Shown here piece by piece: positions 27,081-35,952 of a stretch of 64,000 nucleotides of DNA. The notes below the pieces were generated by a model. It searched no databases, was not told where the DNA came from, and saw only the letters and a program-made list of their open reading frames with translations. Source of the DNA: an uncultured Planctomycetia bacterium (lineage in GTDB: Bacteria > Omnitrophota > Gorgyraeia > Tantalellales > Tantalellaceae); assembly GCA_964409365.1 (NCBI GenBank), contig CAYPCX010000003.1, positions 84,577 to 148,576 of the forward strand, given 5' to 3'. How positions within the stretch are numbered: position 1 is the stretch's first letter; every line of letters starts with the position of its first letter. The position numbers and the translations under genes are program-made.

Positions 27081-28502
27081 ATGAAAAGGGCTATCACTTT
27101 TGCACTTGCGCTGCTTTTGGCTTTCAATGCCGGTCCTGTTTCTGGACAGGGTCCGGCCCAGCGGGAACTTATCGGTGAGACCCGCGTTAAGAGGGGAAGG
27201 AACGAAGCCGGTGTAGCCCTGATACGGCTGGGCCCGGAAAAACTCGCGGCGCTGGTGAGGACCCCGTTAAGGGCAAAAGCGAAAGTACAGAAGATGGAGC
27301 TCATAAGCCCGTCGGGTAAACGATACAAGTCCTCCAACACGGACCAGGTGCCTTCCAGGCAGCTCGGGCAGTATTTTGACCAGATCTCATCTGTCGGCAG
27401 GATATTCGGTGATTTTTGTAAAAGGGTCGATTCGATCCTGACCCGCGAGGCGTGCGCGGACGGCGGTTGTCCGAGTAGCGGAGGGACAGGCGGCGGCCAA
27501 GAACCTTGCCATGAGGACAGGGTCAGTGACAGAGAGCGCGCTGAGAGATTTGCCGCGTTCACGGCCCTGATAGGCCGTGCCATGATGGACAAAGACCAGT
27601 GGTTCACGGTACTCCTTTACGACAAAATAACGATAGAGCCCGGTTCCTGGGAGATCCACCTTGTGATGGTCGATGACCGCGGTAAGCGCGTGCGTGTGAC
27701 CGGTACCCTGGAGGTTATCGGGCCGGCTGAAGGCGAGGAAATAGACCCCATGTTACTCAGATATATGACCGACTACGATAAATATTCCAGGCGTTTGCAG
27801 CAGATCGCCCCCGACAGTTACGAAGCACAGACTATAAGAAGGATCCTTCCCGGTCTTGAAGACTCAATAAGGTCAATGGGGGGGGAAGTGCCGGAAATAC
27901 CTCAACCGCCTGTGGAACCGGTTCCTGAGGTCGACATGCCGGCCGGCGGAGCACAGCCGCCCGCTGGCGGCCGGGACCTGCCATGGGCAGAATCCACCAA
28001 CCGCGCTACAGGCATCACTACGAGATCCGAAGCGAACCCTGACGGTTCGCACACCATTACAAGAACGGACAAAAACGGCAATGTGATCTCACGTGAAACA
28101 ACACCCCCGCCGCGTGCACGGGGACCTCAAGCCGGAGCTCCGCCTGGCGCCGCCCAACCCGGTGCCCAACCCGGAGCGCCCGCGGGCCAGCCCGCCGCGC
28201 CTGCCGGCCGGCAAGACCGGCCGTGGGCCGAAGGTTACGACCATCCCCGCGAGGGCGTAACTACACGGTCCGAGGGACAAGCGGACGGTTCACACTCGAT
28301 CACGCAAACTGATGACCAGACCGGCAGGGTGATCCAGCGCCGGACCACGCCCCCGGCGGGAACTGCGCCGCCGAGCGGACGCTCAAGTTACACGGACCCC
28401 GAAACCGGCGTTACGACGACCATTGACAGAACGGGGGCCGGTACACGGACCACCCAGACCGACCGAAGCGGCAGAGTAATATCGGACAAGCTTGATATTT
28501 GA
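27081..28502 (+). CDS. Secreted protein with Pro/Ala/Gly-rich linker and three tandem ~40-aa C-terminal repeats
   Basis: Signal peptide MKRAITFALALLLAFNAGPVSG (SD AAGGAG). Repeats G[IV]TTRSE..DGSH[ST]IT.TD..G.VI.R.TTPP. Confidence 0.5.
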   Translation: MKRAITFALALLLAFNAGPVSGQGPAQRELIGETRVKRGRNEAGVALIRLGPEKLAALVRTPLRAKAKVQKMELISPSGKRYKSSNTDQVPSRQLGQYFDQISSVGRIFGDFCKRVDSILTREACADGGCPSSGGTGGGQEPCHEDRVSDRERAERFAAFTALIGRAMMDKDQWFTVLLYDKITIEPGSWEIHLVMVDDRGKRVRVTGTLEVIGPAEGEEIDPMLLRYMTDYDKYSRRLQQIAPDSYEAQTIRRILPGLEDSIRSMGGEVPEIPQPPVEPVPEVDMPAGGAQPPAGGRDLPWAESTNRATGITTRSEANPDGSHTITRTDKNGNVISRETTPPPRARGPQAGAPPGAAQPGAQPGAPAGQPAAPAGRQDRPWAEGYDHPREGVTTRSEGQADGSHSITQTDDQTGRVIQRRTTPPAGTAPPSGRSSYTDPETGVTTTIDRTGAGTRTTQTDRSGRVISDKLDI

Positions 28503-28622
28503 TATGATCGGCCCGGAAATAGCGTTAATTTTAAAAAAGTAAGCAATTTTAACTGGTCAGTTCACGATCACAAGGTAAACTATAACAAGATATAAAATAT
28601 CCGATAGGAAAGGAGGGGAAAG

Positions 28623-28859
28623 ATGAAAAAACTTATCGCGTTTTTGCTCATAGTCGCTTTAGTGATGTGCGTCACTCCGGCTTTTGCGCAGTCGAAAGCA
28701 CGTCCGCCCGGCGATGGAGGGTTTTTCACGAAATTCTTCAACGGGCTTCTGGGCGATTCCTGGGCAAAAGGGGCTACGGGAGCAAAAGACATAACACCCG
28801 AGCAGACGAAAGAACAGGCCGAAAAACAGAGGAAGAAAATAAGCAAACCGCAATTCTAA
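28623..28859 (+). CDS. Small secreted protein (78 aa)
   Basis: Signal peptide; followed by strong terminator. Confidence 0.45.
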   Translation: MKKLIAFLLIVALVMCVTPAFAQSKARPPGDGGFFTKFFNGLLGDSWAKGATGAKDITPEQTKEQAEKQRKKISKPQF

Positions 28860-28880
28860 GGATGCACGCGCCTGAAGTCA

Positions 28881-28924
28881 CAACCCCCGGGGCCGGATAA
28901 CAACCCCGGGGGTTGTTTTTTGTG
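28881..28924 (+). terminator. Rho-independent terminator
   Basis: CAACCCCCGGGG-loop-CCCCGGGGGTTG then TTTTTTG. Confidence 0.7.
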
Positions 28925-28954
28925 ATTTTCGGGTTTACTGCAGGTATACTATAG

Positions 28955-29782
28955 GTGTTTAATATGGGCGAGATAGCGACCGATAAAACGACAGGCATAA
29001 AGTACGAAAAATGGGTGTGCCCCGGGCCGAGGGCCGTGCTGGTCCTCGTGCACGGAATAGGGGCGCACACCGGCAGGTGGAATTTTCTTGCCAGGTTCTT
29101 CCGGGCGCACGGCATATCCTCTTACGCGATCATGCTGAAGGGTTTCGGGAAGGCAGCCGCCACGAACGGGCATGCGGATTCTTTAAAGACGTACCTCGGC
29201 GACATCCGCAAACTATGCGCTCTCGTTGCGAAAGAGAACCCGGGCAAAAAGGTGTTCATCCTGGGGGAAAGCCTGGGCGGGCTCATATCCTTCATCGCCG
29301 CGGGCCTTTTCCCTGACCTTTTTGACGGGGTTATCTGCATCTCACCGGCTTTCGGCAACAGGATGAAGTTCTCTCTTTTAGACTATATCCGGATATTCCT
29401 CTCAGGGATCTTCAACCCGAAAGAGCAGTTCGACCTGCCTTTCGACTCCGACATGTGCACGCGCGACGCGGAATACCGCAGGGCGATGGACCATGACCCC
29501 GATGAACACCGGTCGGCTTCCTCGGGGCTTCTTGTCGGGATCGCCGTCGCGCAGATACGTTCCCGGCGGCTCTGTGGCCGGATAACGAAACCGGTCCTTT
29601 TCCAGATAGCGGGCAGTGACATGCTGGTGGACCCGGAAGCGAGCGTCAGAGTGTTCAACTCGTTGAAAGTCGCCGACAAGACGCTGAAAGACTACCCGGA
29701 GATGCTCCACGCGCTATCCATAGACACGGACAGGGAAAAGGTGTTCGACGACGCGCTGAATTGGCTGGAACAAAAGTTATGA
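28955..29782 (+). CDS. Alpha/beta hydrolase, lysophospholipase/monoacylglycerol-lipase-like
   Basis: HGIGAH oxyanion region; nucleophile elbow GESLGG; ~275 aa. Confidence 0.75.
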   Translation: MFNMGEIATDKTTGIKYEKWVCPGPRAVLVLVHGIGAHTGRWNFLARFFRAHGISSYAIMLKGFGKAAATNGHADSLKTYLGDIRKLCALVAKENPGKKVFILGESLGGLISFIAAGLFPDLFDGVICISPAFGNRMKFSLLDYIRIFLSGIFNPKEQFDLPFDSDMCTRDAEYRRAMDHDPDEHRSASSGLLVGIAVAQIRSRRLCGRITKPVLFQIAGSDMLVDPEASVRVFNSLKVADKTLKDYPEMLHALSIDTDREKVFDDALNWLEQKL

Positions 29783-29792
29783 GGAACCGTAG

Positions 29793-31283
29793 ATGAAATA
29801 CGTTCTGTCGATAGACCAGGGCACGACAGGCAGCCGCGCGGTCCTGTACGACAAAAGCGGCGGGGTGAAAGCAAGCTGCTACCGGGAGTTCAGGCAGTAT
29901 TTCCCGAAACCCGGGTGGGTGGAACATGATCCCGAAGAGATATGGCACAGCGTCAACGCTTCCATGCAAAAAGCCCTCTCAAGCGTACCGAAAAGCGGCA
30001 AAATAGAAGCGATAGGGATAACCAACCAGAGGGAAACCACGGTCGTGTGGGACAGGGTAACGGGAAGACCCGTGTATAACGCGATCGTCTGGCAGTGCAG
30101 GAGGACTGCCCCGAGGTGCGACCGGCTTAAGGGCGACCCCAAAGTCGCGCACGAATTCCGCGAAAAGACGGGGCTTAAGATCGACGCGTATTTTTCGGCG
30201 ACCAAAGTGGAGTGGATACTGAAGAACGTGCCGAAGGCCCGGCAGAAGGCGAAAAAGGGCAGGCTCCTTTTCGGCAACACGGACACCTGGGTGCTCTGGA
30301 AACTCACCGGAGGCAAGGTCCATGCCACCGACTACACCAACGCCTCGCGCACGATGCTCTACAATATCGATAAACTGCACTGGGACAAGTCCATCCTTAG
30401 AAGATTCGGCATACCGCGCCCGATGCTGCCGGAAGTCAAGAACTCTTCCGGCATTTTCGGCAAGACCGTCAGGATAGGAAAGCTCCCCGCGGGCATACCC
30501 GTAGCGGGCGACGCGGGAGACCAGCAGGCGGCCCTTTTCGGGCAGACCTGTTTCGAACCGGGGACCATGAAGAACACTTACGGCACGGGAAGCTTCGTCC
30601 TGCTGAACGCGGGAAAAAAGCGGCCCCGCGGAAAGCACGGGCTCATAACCACCCTTGCCTGCGGCCCGGCGGGCGAACCGGTATACTGCCTGGAAGGGTC
30701 CATCTTCATAGCCGGCGCCGCTATCCAGTGGCTGCGCGACGGGTTAAAACTCCTGCACAAGGCCCCGGTCTCGGAAAAAATGGCCTTGTCCGTCAAAGAT
30801 AATGCCGGGGTGTATTTCGTGCCCGCGCTCGTGGGGCTCGGCGCTCCTTACTGGGACCAGGAAGCAAGAGGGACCATTACCGGGCTTACCAGGGGCACGG
30901 CACGGGAACACATCGTAAGGGCGGCCCTCGAGGCCATGTGTTACCAGACCCGGGACGTGCTGGAGGTCATGGAAAGGATAGCGGGCCTGAAGATAAAAGA
31001 GCTTAAGGTGGACGGCGGGGCTGTGGCGAACGATTTCCTGTGCCAGTTCCAGGCGGACATACTCGGCATAAAGGTCATAAGGCCCAGAATAATCGAGACC
31101 ACCTCGCTCGGAGCGGCTTACCTGGCGGGGCTCGCGACCGGTTTCTGGAAAAGGACGGCGGACGTAAAAAGATATTGGAAAAAAGACAGGATATTTTCTC
31201 CCAGAATGAGCAAAAGGGACGCCGACGCCTTATACAGGGGCTGGGAGAAAGCGGTGAAAAGGACGCTTTCGAGAACGACATGA
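29793..31283 (+). CDS. glpK: Glycerol kinase
   Basis: N-terminal [31 protein letters not shown]; 496 aa. Confidence 0.95.
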   Translation: MKYVLSIDQGTTGSRAVLYDKSGGVKASCYREFRQYFPKPGWVEHDPEEIWHSVNASMQKALSSVPKSGKIEAIGITNQRETTVVWDRVTGRPVYNAIVWQCRRTAPRCDRLKGDPKVAHEFREKTGLKIDAYFSATKVEWILKNVPKARQKAKKGRLLFGNTDTWVLWKLTGGKVHATDYTNASRTMLYNIDKLHWDKSILRRFGIPRPMLPEVKNSSGIFGKTVRIGKLPAGIPVAGDAGDQQAALFGQTCFEPGTMKNTYGTGSFVLLNAGKKRPRGKHGLITTLACGPAGEPVYCLEGSIFIAGAAIQWLRDGLKLLHKAPVSEKMALSVKDNAGVYFVPALVGLGAPYWDQEARGTITGLTRGTAREHIVRAALEAMCYQTRDVLEVMERIAGLKIKELKVDGGAVANDFLCQFQADILGIKVIRPRIIETTSLGAAYLAGLATGFWKRTADVKRYWKKDRIFSPRMSKRDADALYRGWEKAVKRTLSRTT

Positions 31284-32722
31284 AAAAATATGATTGCCTC
31301 ATAATCGGCGGAGGGGCGACCGGGACGGCCATGGTCAGGGAACTGTCCCGTTACCGCCTAAGCCTGGCGCTCCTGGAAAAGGAAGAGGAGCTCGCCTTCG
31401 GCGTCTCGAAATCCAACAGCGGCATCATACATCCCGGCACGCAGAACCCGCCGGACTCCCTCAAGGGCAAGTTGTGCGTGGCGGGCAACACCCTGGTCAA
31501 AAAGATATCAAAAGAACTCGGTGTCGATTTCAAGGAAGTCGGGGAACTTATCGTCATCTTCGACCGGACGGACATGCCGCGCCTCCAAAAGATCAAGGAA
31601 GAGGCCGAGGTTCTCGGCGTGCGCGGGATGAGCATTGTCGACAGCAAATGGCTCCGCAGGAACGAACCCAACCTAAATCCCGAAGTAGTGGCGGCGCTTC
31701 ACGTGCCCACGGCAGGTATAATCAGCCCTTACCGGTGGGCATACGACCTCGCGGAGAACGCCGCGAAGAACGGCGCCGAGATCCACCTGGAGACCACCGT
31801 GGAGGGTATTGCCGCCGCCCCGTCCGACAGGCACCGTTTCGTGATCAAAACGACGAAAGGCGAGTTCGGGGCCAGATACGTCGTCAACGCCGCCGGGCTT
31901 TTCGCGGATGATATCTCCCGTATGGCCGGAGTGGACGATTTCAAGATAAGCCCGAGAAAGGGCGAGGAGTTCCTTCTGGACAAGAAGAGACAGTACCTCA
32001 CTAACCACCTTATATTCCCGCTGCCCACGAAGAGATCAAAAGGGATACTTGTAATAAAGACGTCCGACGGCAACCCGATGATCGGGCCTACGGCCCATGA
32101 TATCGAGGACAAGCATGACCTTTCCACTTCCGATGCGGGTTTGGAGGAAGTGCTGGCCGGCGTACGGAAACTGGTGCCCGCGATAGACGGGAACGATATA
32201 ATCGCGTATTTCGCGGGCCTGAGGCCCGCCGCCGGACATGACTTCATCATACGCCATGAAGAAAAAGTCCCGGGGTTCATCAATGTCGCGGGCATACAGT
32301 CGCCGGGGCTCACGGCCTCACCGGCCATCGCGCATATGGTGACGGGCCTTTTGAAGGACAACGGCCTCGCCTTAAGGCGAAAACTCTTCTACCACCCGCA
32401 CCGCAAAAGGTCCGTGCACCTTTTCGGGATACCGCTGGAGAAAACAAAAAAGTTGATAAAAGAAGACCCTGCCTACGGCGACATAATCTGCCGGTGCGAG
32501 ATGGTATCCGCCAAAGAAGTGACGGACGCGATAAAGCGGGGCGCGAGGACGCTCGACGGGATAAAGTTCCGGACACGCGCCCAGGCCGGAAGATGCCACG
32601 GGGGGTTCTGCACGACCCGTCTCATGAAAATACTTGCCGAAGAAACGGGTACCACCCGCACTAAAGTGACGAAAAGGGGCAAAGCCTCAGAGATCGTCAA
32701 GAAGGACAGGCGCGATGCATGA
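31280..32722 (+). CDS. FAD-dependent glycerol-3-phosphate dehydrogenase, GlpA-like large subunit with C-terminal BFD-like [2Fe-2S] domain
   Basis: Dinucleotide fold [14 protein letters not shown]; C-terminal CRCEMVS...[16 protein letters not shown] overlap with glpK stop; ORF-track N-extension (31040) is read-through of the glpK 3' end in another frame. Confidence 0.8.
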   Translation: MKKYDCLIIGGGATGTAMVRELSRYRLSLALLEKEEELAFGVSKSNSGIIHPGTQNPPDSLKGKLCVAGNTLVKKISKELGVDFKEVGELIVIFDRTDMPRLQKIKEEAEVLGVRGMSIVDSKWLRRNEPNLNPEVVAALHVPTAGIISPYRWAYDLAENAAKNGAEIHLETTVEGIAAAPSDRHRFVIKTTKGEFGARYVVNAAGLFADDISRMAGVDDFKISPRKGEEFLLDKKRQYLTNHLIFPLPTKRSKGILVIKTSDGNPMIGPTAHDIEDKHDLSTSDAGLEEVLAGVRKLVPAIDGNDIIAYFAGLRPAAGHDFIIRHEEKVPGFINVAGIQSPGLTASPAIAHMVTGLLKDNGLALRRKLFYHPHRKRSVHLFGIPLEKTKKLIKEDPAYGDIICRCEMVSAKEVTDAIKRGARTLDGIKFRTRAQAGRCHGGFCTTRLMKILAEETGTTRTKVTKRGKASEIVKKDRRDA

Positions 32723-33692
32723 ACGGGAACTCATAGTCGTCGGCGGCGGTCCCGCCGGCATGGCGGCGGCCATTTCCGCGCATGAGAACGGGGTGAGGGA
32801 TATACTCCTCATCGAAAGGGACCAGTACCTGGGAGGGATACTCAACCAGTGTATCCACACCGGCTTCGGCATAGAGTATTTCAAAGAGGTCCTGGCCGGA
32901 CCGGAATACGCCGAAAGGTTCATCGCGAAAGTCACCGCGATACCCGGGATCGAGATAAGCCTGCGGACCTTCGTGGTGCACCTTACCGGCGAAAAGGCCA
33001 TCACATACCTGAAGCCGGGCCTCATGGAAGAGGTAAGGGCTAAAGCCCTCATTATGGCGACAGGCTGCCGCGAACGGACGCGCGAGATGATACACATCCC
33101 AGGAACAAGGCCGGCCGGCGTGTTCCCCGCGGGCCTCGCGCAGAAACTCATAAACATAGAAGGGCTCCTGCCCGGCAAAAAGATCGTGATAGTGGGCTCG
33201 GGAGACATAGGAATGATAATGGCCAGGCGGTTCCTCCTGGAAGGAGCCGAAGTCAAAGCCGTCGTCGAGATACAGAACAAGACCCGGGGCCTTACGCGCA
33301 ATCTCGTGCAATGCATAGAGGATTTCGAGATACCCATCTATTTCGGCCACAAGGTAAAGCGCCTTCTCGGGAAGGACCGGACAGAGAAGGTAGAGATCGT
33401 AAAGGTCGACGAAAATTACCGGGAGGTGCCCGGTACCGGTTTTGAGATAGAGTGCGACACTCTCCTGGTCTCCGTGGGGCTTATCCCGGAGAACGAACTC
33501 GTCGAGATGGCGGGCGTCGAACTCGACAGAAGGACGAACTCACCGGTGTCGGACGAGGTCAACAAGACGTCCATACCAGGGCTTTTCGTGTGCGGCAATT
33601 CGTTCAAGGTATACGATATCGTCGATTCCGTCACGCATGACAGCGAAATAGCCGGCCGCCAGGCCGCCGAATACCTGAGGGGCCTTAAATGA
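32715..33692 (+). CDS. NAD(P)/FAD-dependent pyridine-nucleotide-disulfide-type oxidoreductase (second component of GlpA-like complex)
   Basis: LIVVGGGPAGMAAA FAD fold; second Rossmann IVIVGSGDIGMIMA. Confidence 0.75.
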   Translation: MHERELIVVGGGPAGMAAAISAHENGVRDILLIERDQYLGGILNQCIHTGFGIEYFKEVLAGPEYAERFIAKVTAIPGIEISLRTFVVHLTGEKAITYLKPGLMEEVRAKALIMATGCRERTREMIHIPGTRPAGVFPAGLAQKLINIEGLLPGKKIVIVGSGDIGMIMARRFLLEGAEVKAVVEIQNKTRGLTRNLVQCIEDFEIPIYFGHKVKRLLGKDRTEKVEIVKVDENYREVPGTGFEIECDTLLVSVGLIPENELVEMAGVELDRRTNSPVSDEVNKTSIPGLFVCGNSFKVYDIVDSVTHDSEIAGRQAAEYLRGLK

Positions 33693-34045
33693 TAAAAAAA
33701 ATGACCTGCATAGAATGCCCGGTGGGATGCCAGCTCGAAGTGGAGATCGGCGAAAGCGGCAAGGTGGTCACGGTCTCCCGCAACAAGTGCCCCAAGGGCG
33801 AGAAGTATGCGATAGAGGAGACGGAAAACCCCGTGCGCGTGCTCACGACGACGGTGCTGACCGAAGGCCTCCCGCTAAGAACGGTCTCGGTAAAGACCGA
33901 CCGTCCGATACCCAAAGCGCGGCTCCTGGAGGCGATGCGGGAGATAAGCAAGGTAAGGCTGCGCAAGTCCGTTAAAGTGGGTGAGGTCGTGGTACCGAAC
34001 CTGATCGGCCTTGACGCCAACCTCATCGCCACCCGCAACTGCTAA
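33689..34045 (+). CDS. DUF1667-domain small Cys-containing protein (third component of glycerol-3-P dehydrogenase cluster)
   Basis: MTCIECPVGCQLEV N-terminus typical of DUF1667. Confidence 0.7.
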   Translation: MIKKMTCIECPVGCQLEVEIGESGKVVTVSRNKCPKGEKYAIEETENPVRVLTTTVLTEGLPLRTVSVKTDRPIPKARLLEAMREISKVRLRKSVKVGEVVVPNLIGLDANLIATRNC

Positions 34046-34350
34046 GTGATGGTAAGCTGTCTATCGAATCCCGCGATCTTGAAGACCTTCTTCACGTTGG
34101 GGTGCACGTTCATTATCGAAAAATTGGCGGGTCCGACTTCCTTCGCGACGCGCAGGCATAAACGCAGGAAAGCGGAAGATACATAGTCCACCTCATCCAG
34201 GTCGAACACGACCGGGATCTTCTCTTCGACCACCTTATCGAAAAGCTGGTCTTCGACTTTCTGGCATTCGGCCGTGTCCATCTTTCTGGAAAAGGAACAC
34301 ACCAGGGTCTTTTCCTGCGTTATGTTGTCTTCTATGTTGAAATCGACCAT
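34042..34350 (-). CDS. STAS-domain anti-sigma-factor antagonist (SpoIIAA/RsbV-like)
   Basis: 102 aa; conserved DYVSSAFLRL region with phosphorylatable Ser. Confidence 0.75.
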   Translation of the reverse strand: MVDFNIEDNITQEKTLVCSFSRKMDTAECQKVEDQLFDKVVEEKIPVVFDLDEVDYVSSAFLRLCLRVAKEVGPANFSIMNVHPNVKKVFKIAGFDRQLTIT

Positions 34351-34367
34351 CTAATTTCCTCCTTGGC

Positions 34368-35798
34368 TTAAAAATCCCTGTTAAATTCCTTTTCCAGGGT
34401 CTTCGCGTCGAGCGTTTCGTCAAAATATTCGTTCATGTCGAAATGCTCCCAACGCCCGTCCACGCGCCGCCGCGCGATACGCTGGATATTCAGGTAATGT
34501 TCCACACTTATATTGTCGGTCGTCGTCGTCTTGGCGGCCGTGCCGCAGCCCGGCGACATGGAAGGGGTGAGCATGTTGTACATGAACCCCAGGGACCCGT
34601 GCGACGAAGGCGTGTTCACAAGGACGCGCCCCGTGTTCATGATGGCCGCGAAACGCATGACCTTTTCGTCATCGTTGGAGAATATGCTAGCCGTGTGGCC
34701 GGCGCCCCCGTGGGAGATAAGGTCTATGCACAGGTTGACCGCGCTGTCGAAGTTATGTATCGTGTAAAGACCGAGTATCGGCGCGAGGACCTGTCCGGAA
34801 AGGGGAACATGCGGCCCCACCTCTTCAAGCGGCGCTATCAAGAGCTTCACGCCCTCCGGGACGTCTATGCCGGCCCTCTCGGCGATGACCGAAGCGGGCT
34901 GCCCAAGGACCTGGACGCTTGTAGTTCTTTTTTGCCGGTCAACGGCTATCTCCCCGAGTTTCTTCACTTCTTCACGGGTGAGAACATGTCCCCCGAGCTG
35001 TTTGAACTCTTTGATGATCTCCCGGACTTTCTCGTGCATCACTACGACAGCCTGTTCACTGGCGCCTATCGTACCGTTGTCGAACGTCTTGGACAGCATG
35101 ATCTCGTTAACGGCGAAGGGCACATCGGCGCTGTCCTCGATAAAGACCGGCACGTTGCCGGCCGTGACCCCGAGAGCGGGCGTGCCCGAACTATAAGCCT
35201 CTTCTACGATCTTTCTTACGCCGGTCGCGTGGATCAGGCGGACGTTCTTATGGCCCATGAAGGAGCGCCTCTGTTCGCGGGAAAGAGAGACCCACTGGAC
35301 ACAGTCCTCCGGGGCGTCTTCCCTGAGAGCGGCTTCATAGCATATACGGGCAGCCTCCTCCCCGCACTTCATCGCCCGGGCATTAGAACTTATGATGACC
35401 GGGTTCCTTGTCTTCATAGCGACGAGTATTTTAAAGATGATAGCCGACGTAGGGCTTGTGACAGGCACAAAGGCAAGTATCGGGCCGACCGGCTGGGCTA
35501 TCTTCGTGATCCCTTTTACCGTGTTCTCGGACAGGATCCCGACGGTCTTACGGTCCTTGATGTCCTCGTAGGCGATCTGGGTCGCGAGCACTGTCTTGAG
35601 GACCTTATCCTGCCATTTTCCCATGCCCGTTTCTTCAGCGGCCATTTTCGACAGCCTCACGCGGTCGTTGAACGCCGCTTCATAGACCGCCCTGACTATG
35701 CGGTCGGTATGTTCCTGTGAGAGCTGGCTGAAAACGGCGGCCGCGTTTCTGGCCTTTTCCATTATTCTTTCGATATCGACCAACTTTGTAACGGCCAT
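34368..35798 (-). CDS. CoA-acylating (acetylating) aldehyde dehydrogenase, EutE/PduP/AdhE-N-like
   Basis: 476 aa ALDH fold; catalytic Cys region SMSPGCGTAA; no C-terminal ADH domain. Confidence 0.75.
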   Translation of the reverse strand: MAVTKLVDIERIMEKARNAAAVFSQLSQEHTDRIVRAVYEAAFNDRVRLSKMAAEETGMGKWQDKVLKTVLATQIAYEDIKDRKTVGILSENTVKGITKIAQPVGPILAFVPVTSPTSAIIFKILVAMKTRNPVIISSNARAMKCGEEAARICYEAALREDAPEDCVQWVSLSREQRRSFMGHKNVRLIHATGVRKIVEEAYSSGTPALGVTAGNVPVFIEDSADVPFAVNEIMLSKTFDNGTIGASEQAVVVMHEKVREIIKEFKQLGGHVLTREEVKKLGEIAVDRQKRTTSVQVLGQPASVIAERAGIDVPEGVKLLIAPLEEVGPHVPLSGQVLAPILGLYTIHNFDSAVNLCIDLISHGGAGHTASIFSNDDEKVMRFAAIMNTGRVLVNTPSSHGSLGFMYNMLTPSMSPGCGTAAKTTTTDNISVEHYLNIQRIARRRVDGRWEHFDMNEYFDETLDAKTLEKEFNRDF

Positions 35799-35952
35799 TT
35801 AGATACCCCCCGGGTTTGGTTCGAGCAAAACCGTTAAAGATGAAGATAAGCTTAATTTTATCAACCGCAACTGAAAAAGTCAAAAACTTTCCCGCCGGGG
35901 GAACATCCGCTAAGGTCTTGTAATAATTATTATTTAGATGTAAAATTACAAT

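Noticed and set aside
31040-31279. N-terminal extensions in ORF-track entries (31040 for the GlpA-like gene, 13767 for the sugar transporter, 8981 for lipoprotein B, 25909 for the RRM gene, 60809 for PIN, 54601 for the Ntn-hydrolase-like gene, 19161 for NMO)
   Set aside because: The extensions overlap the 3' ends of upstream genes in another frame, or lack an SD. Internal Met codons with SD-like sequences and ATGA/TAATG coupling give much better starts.
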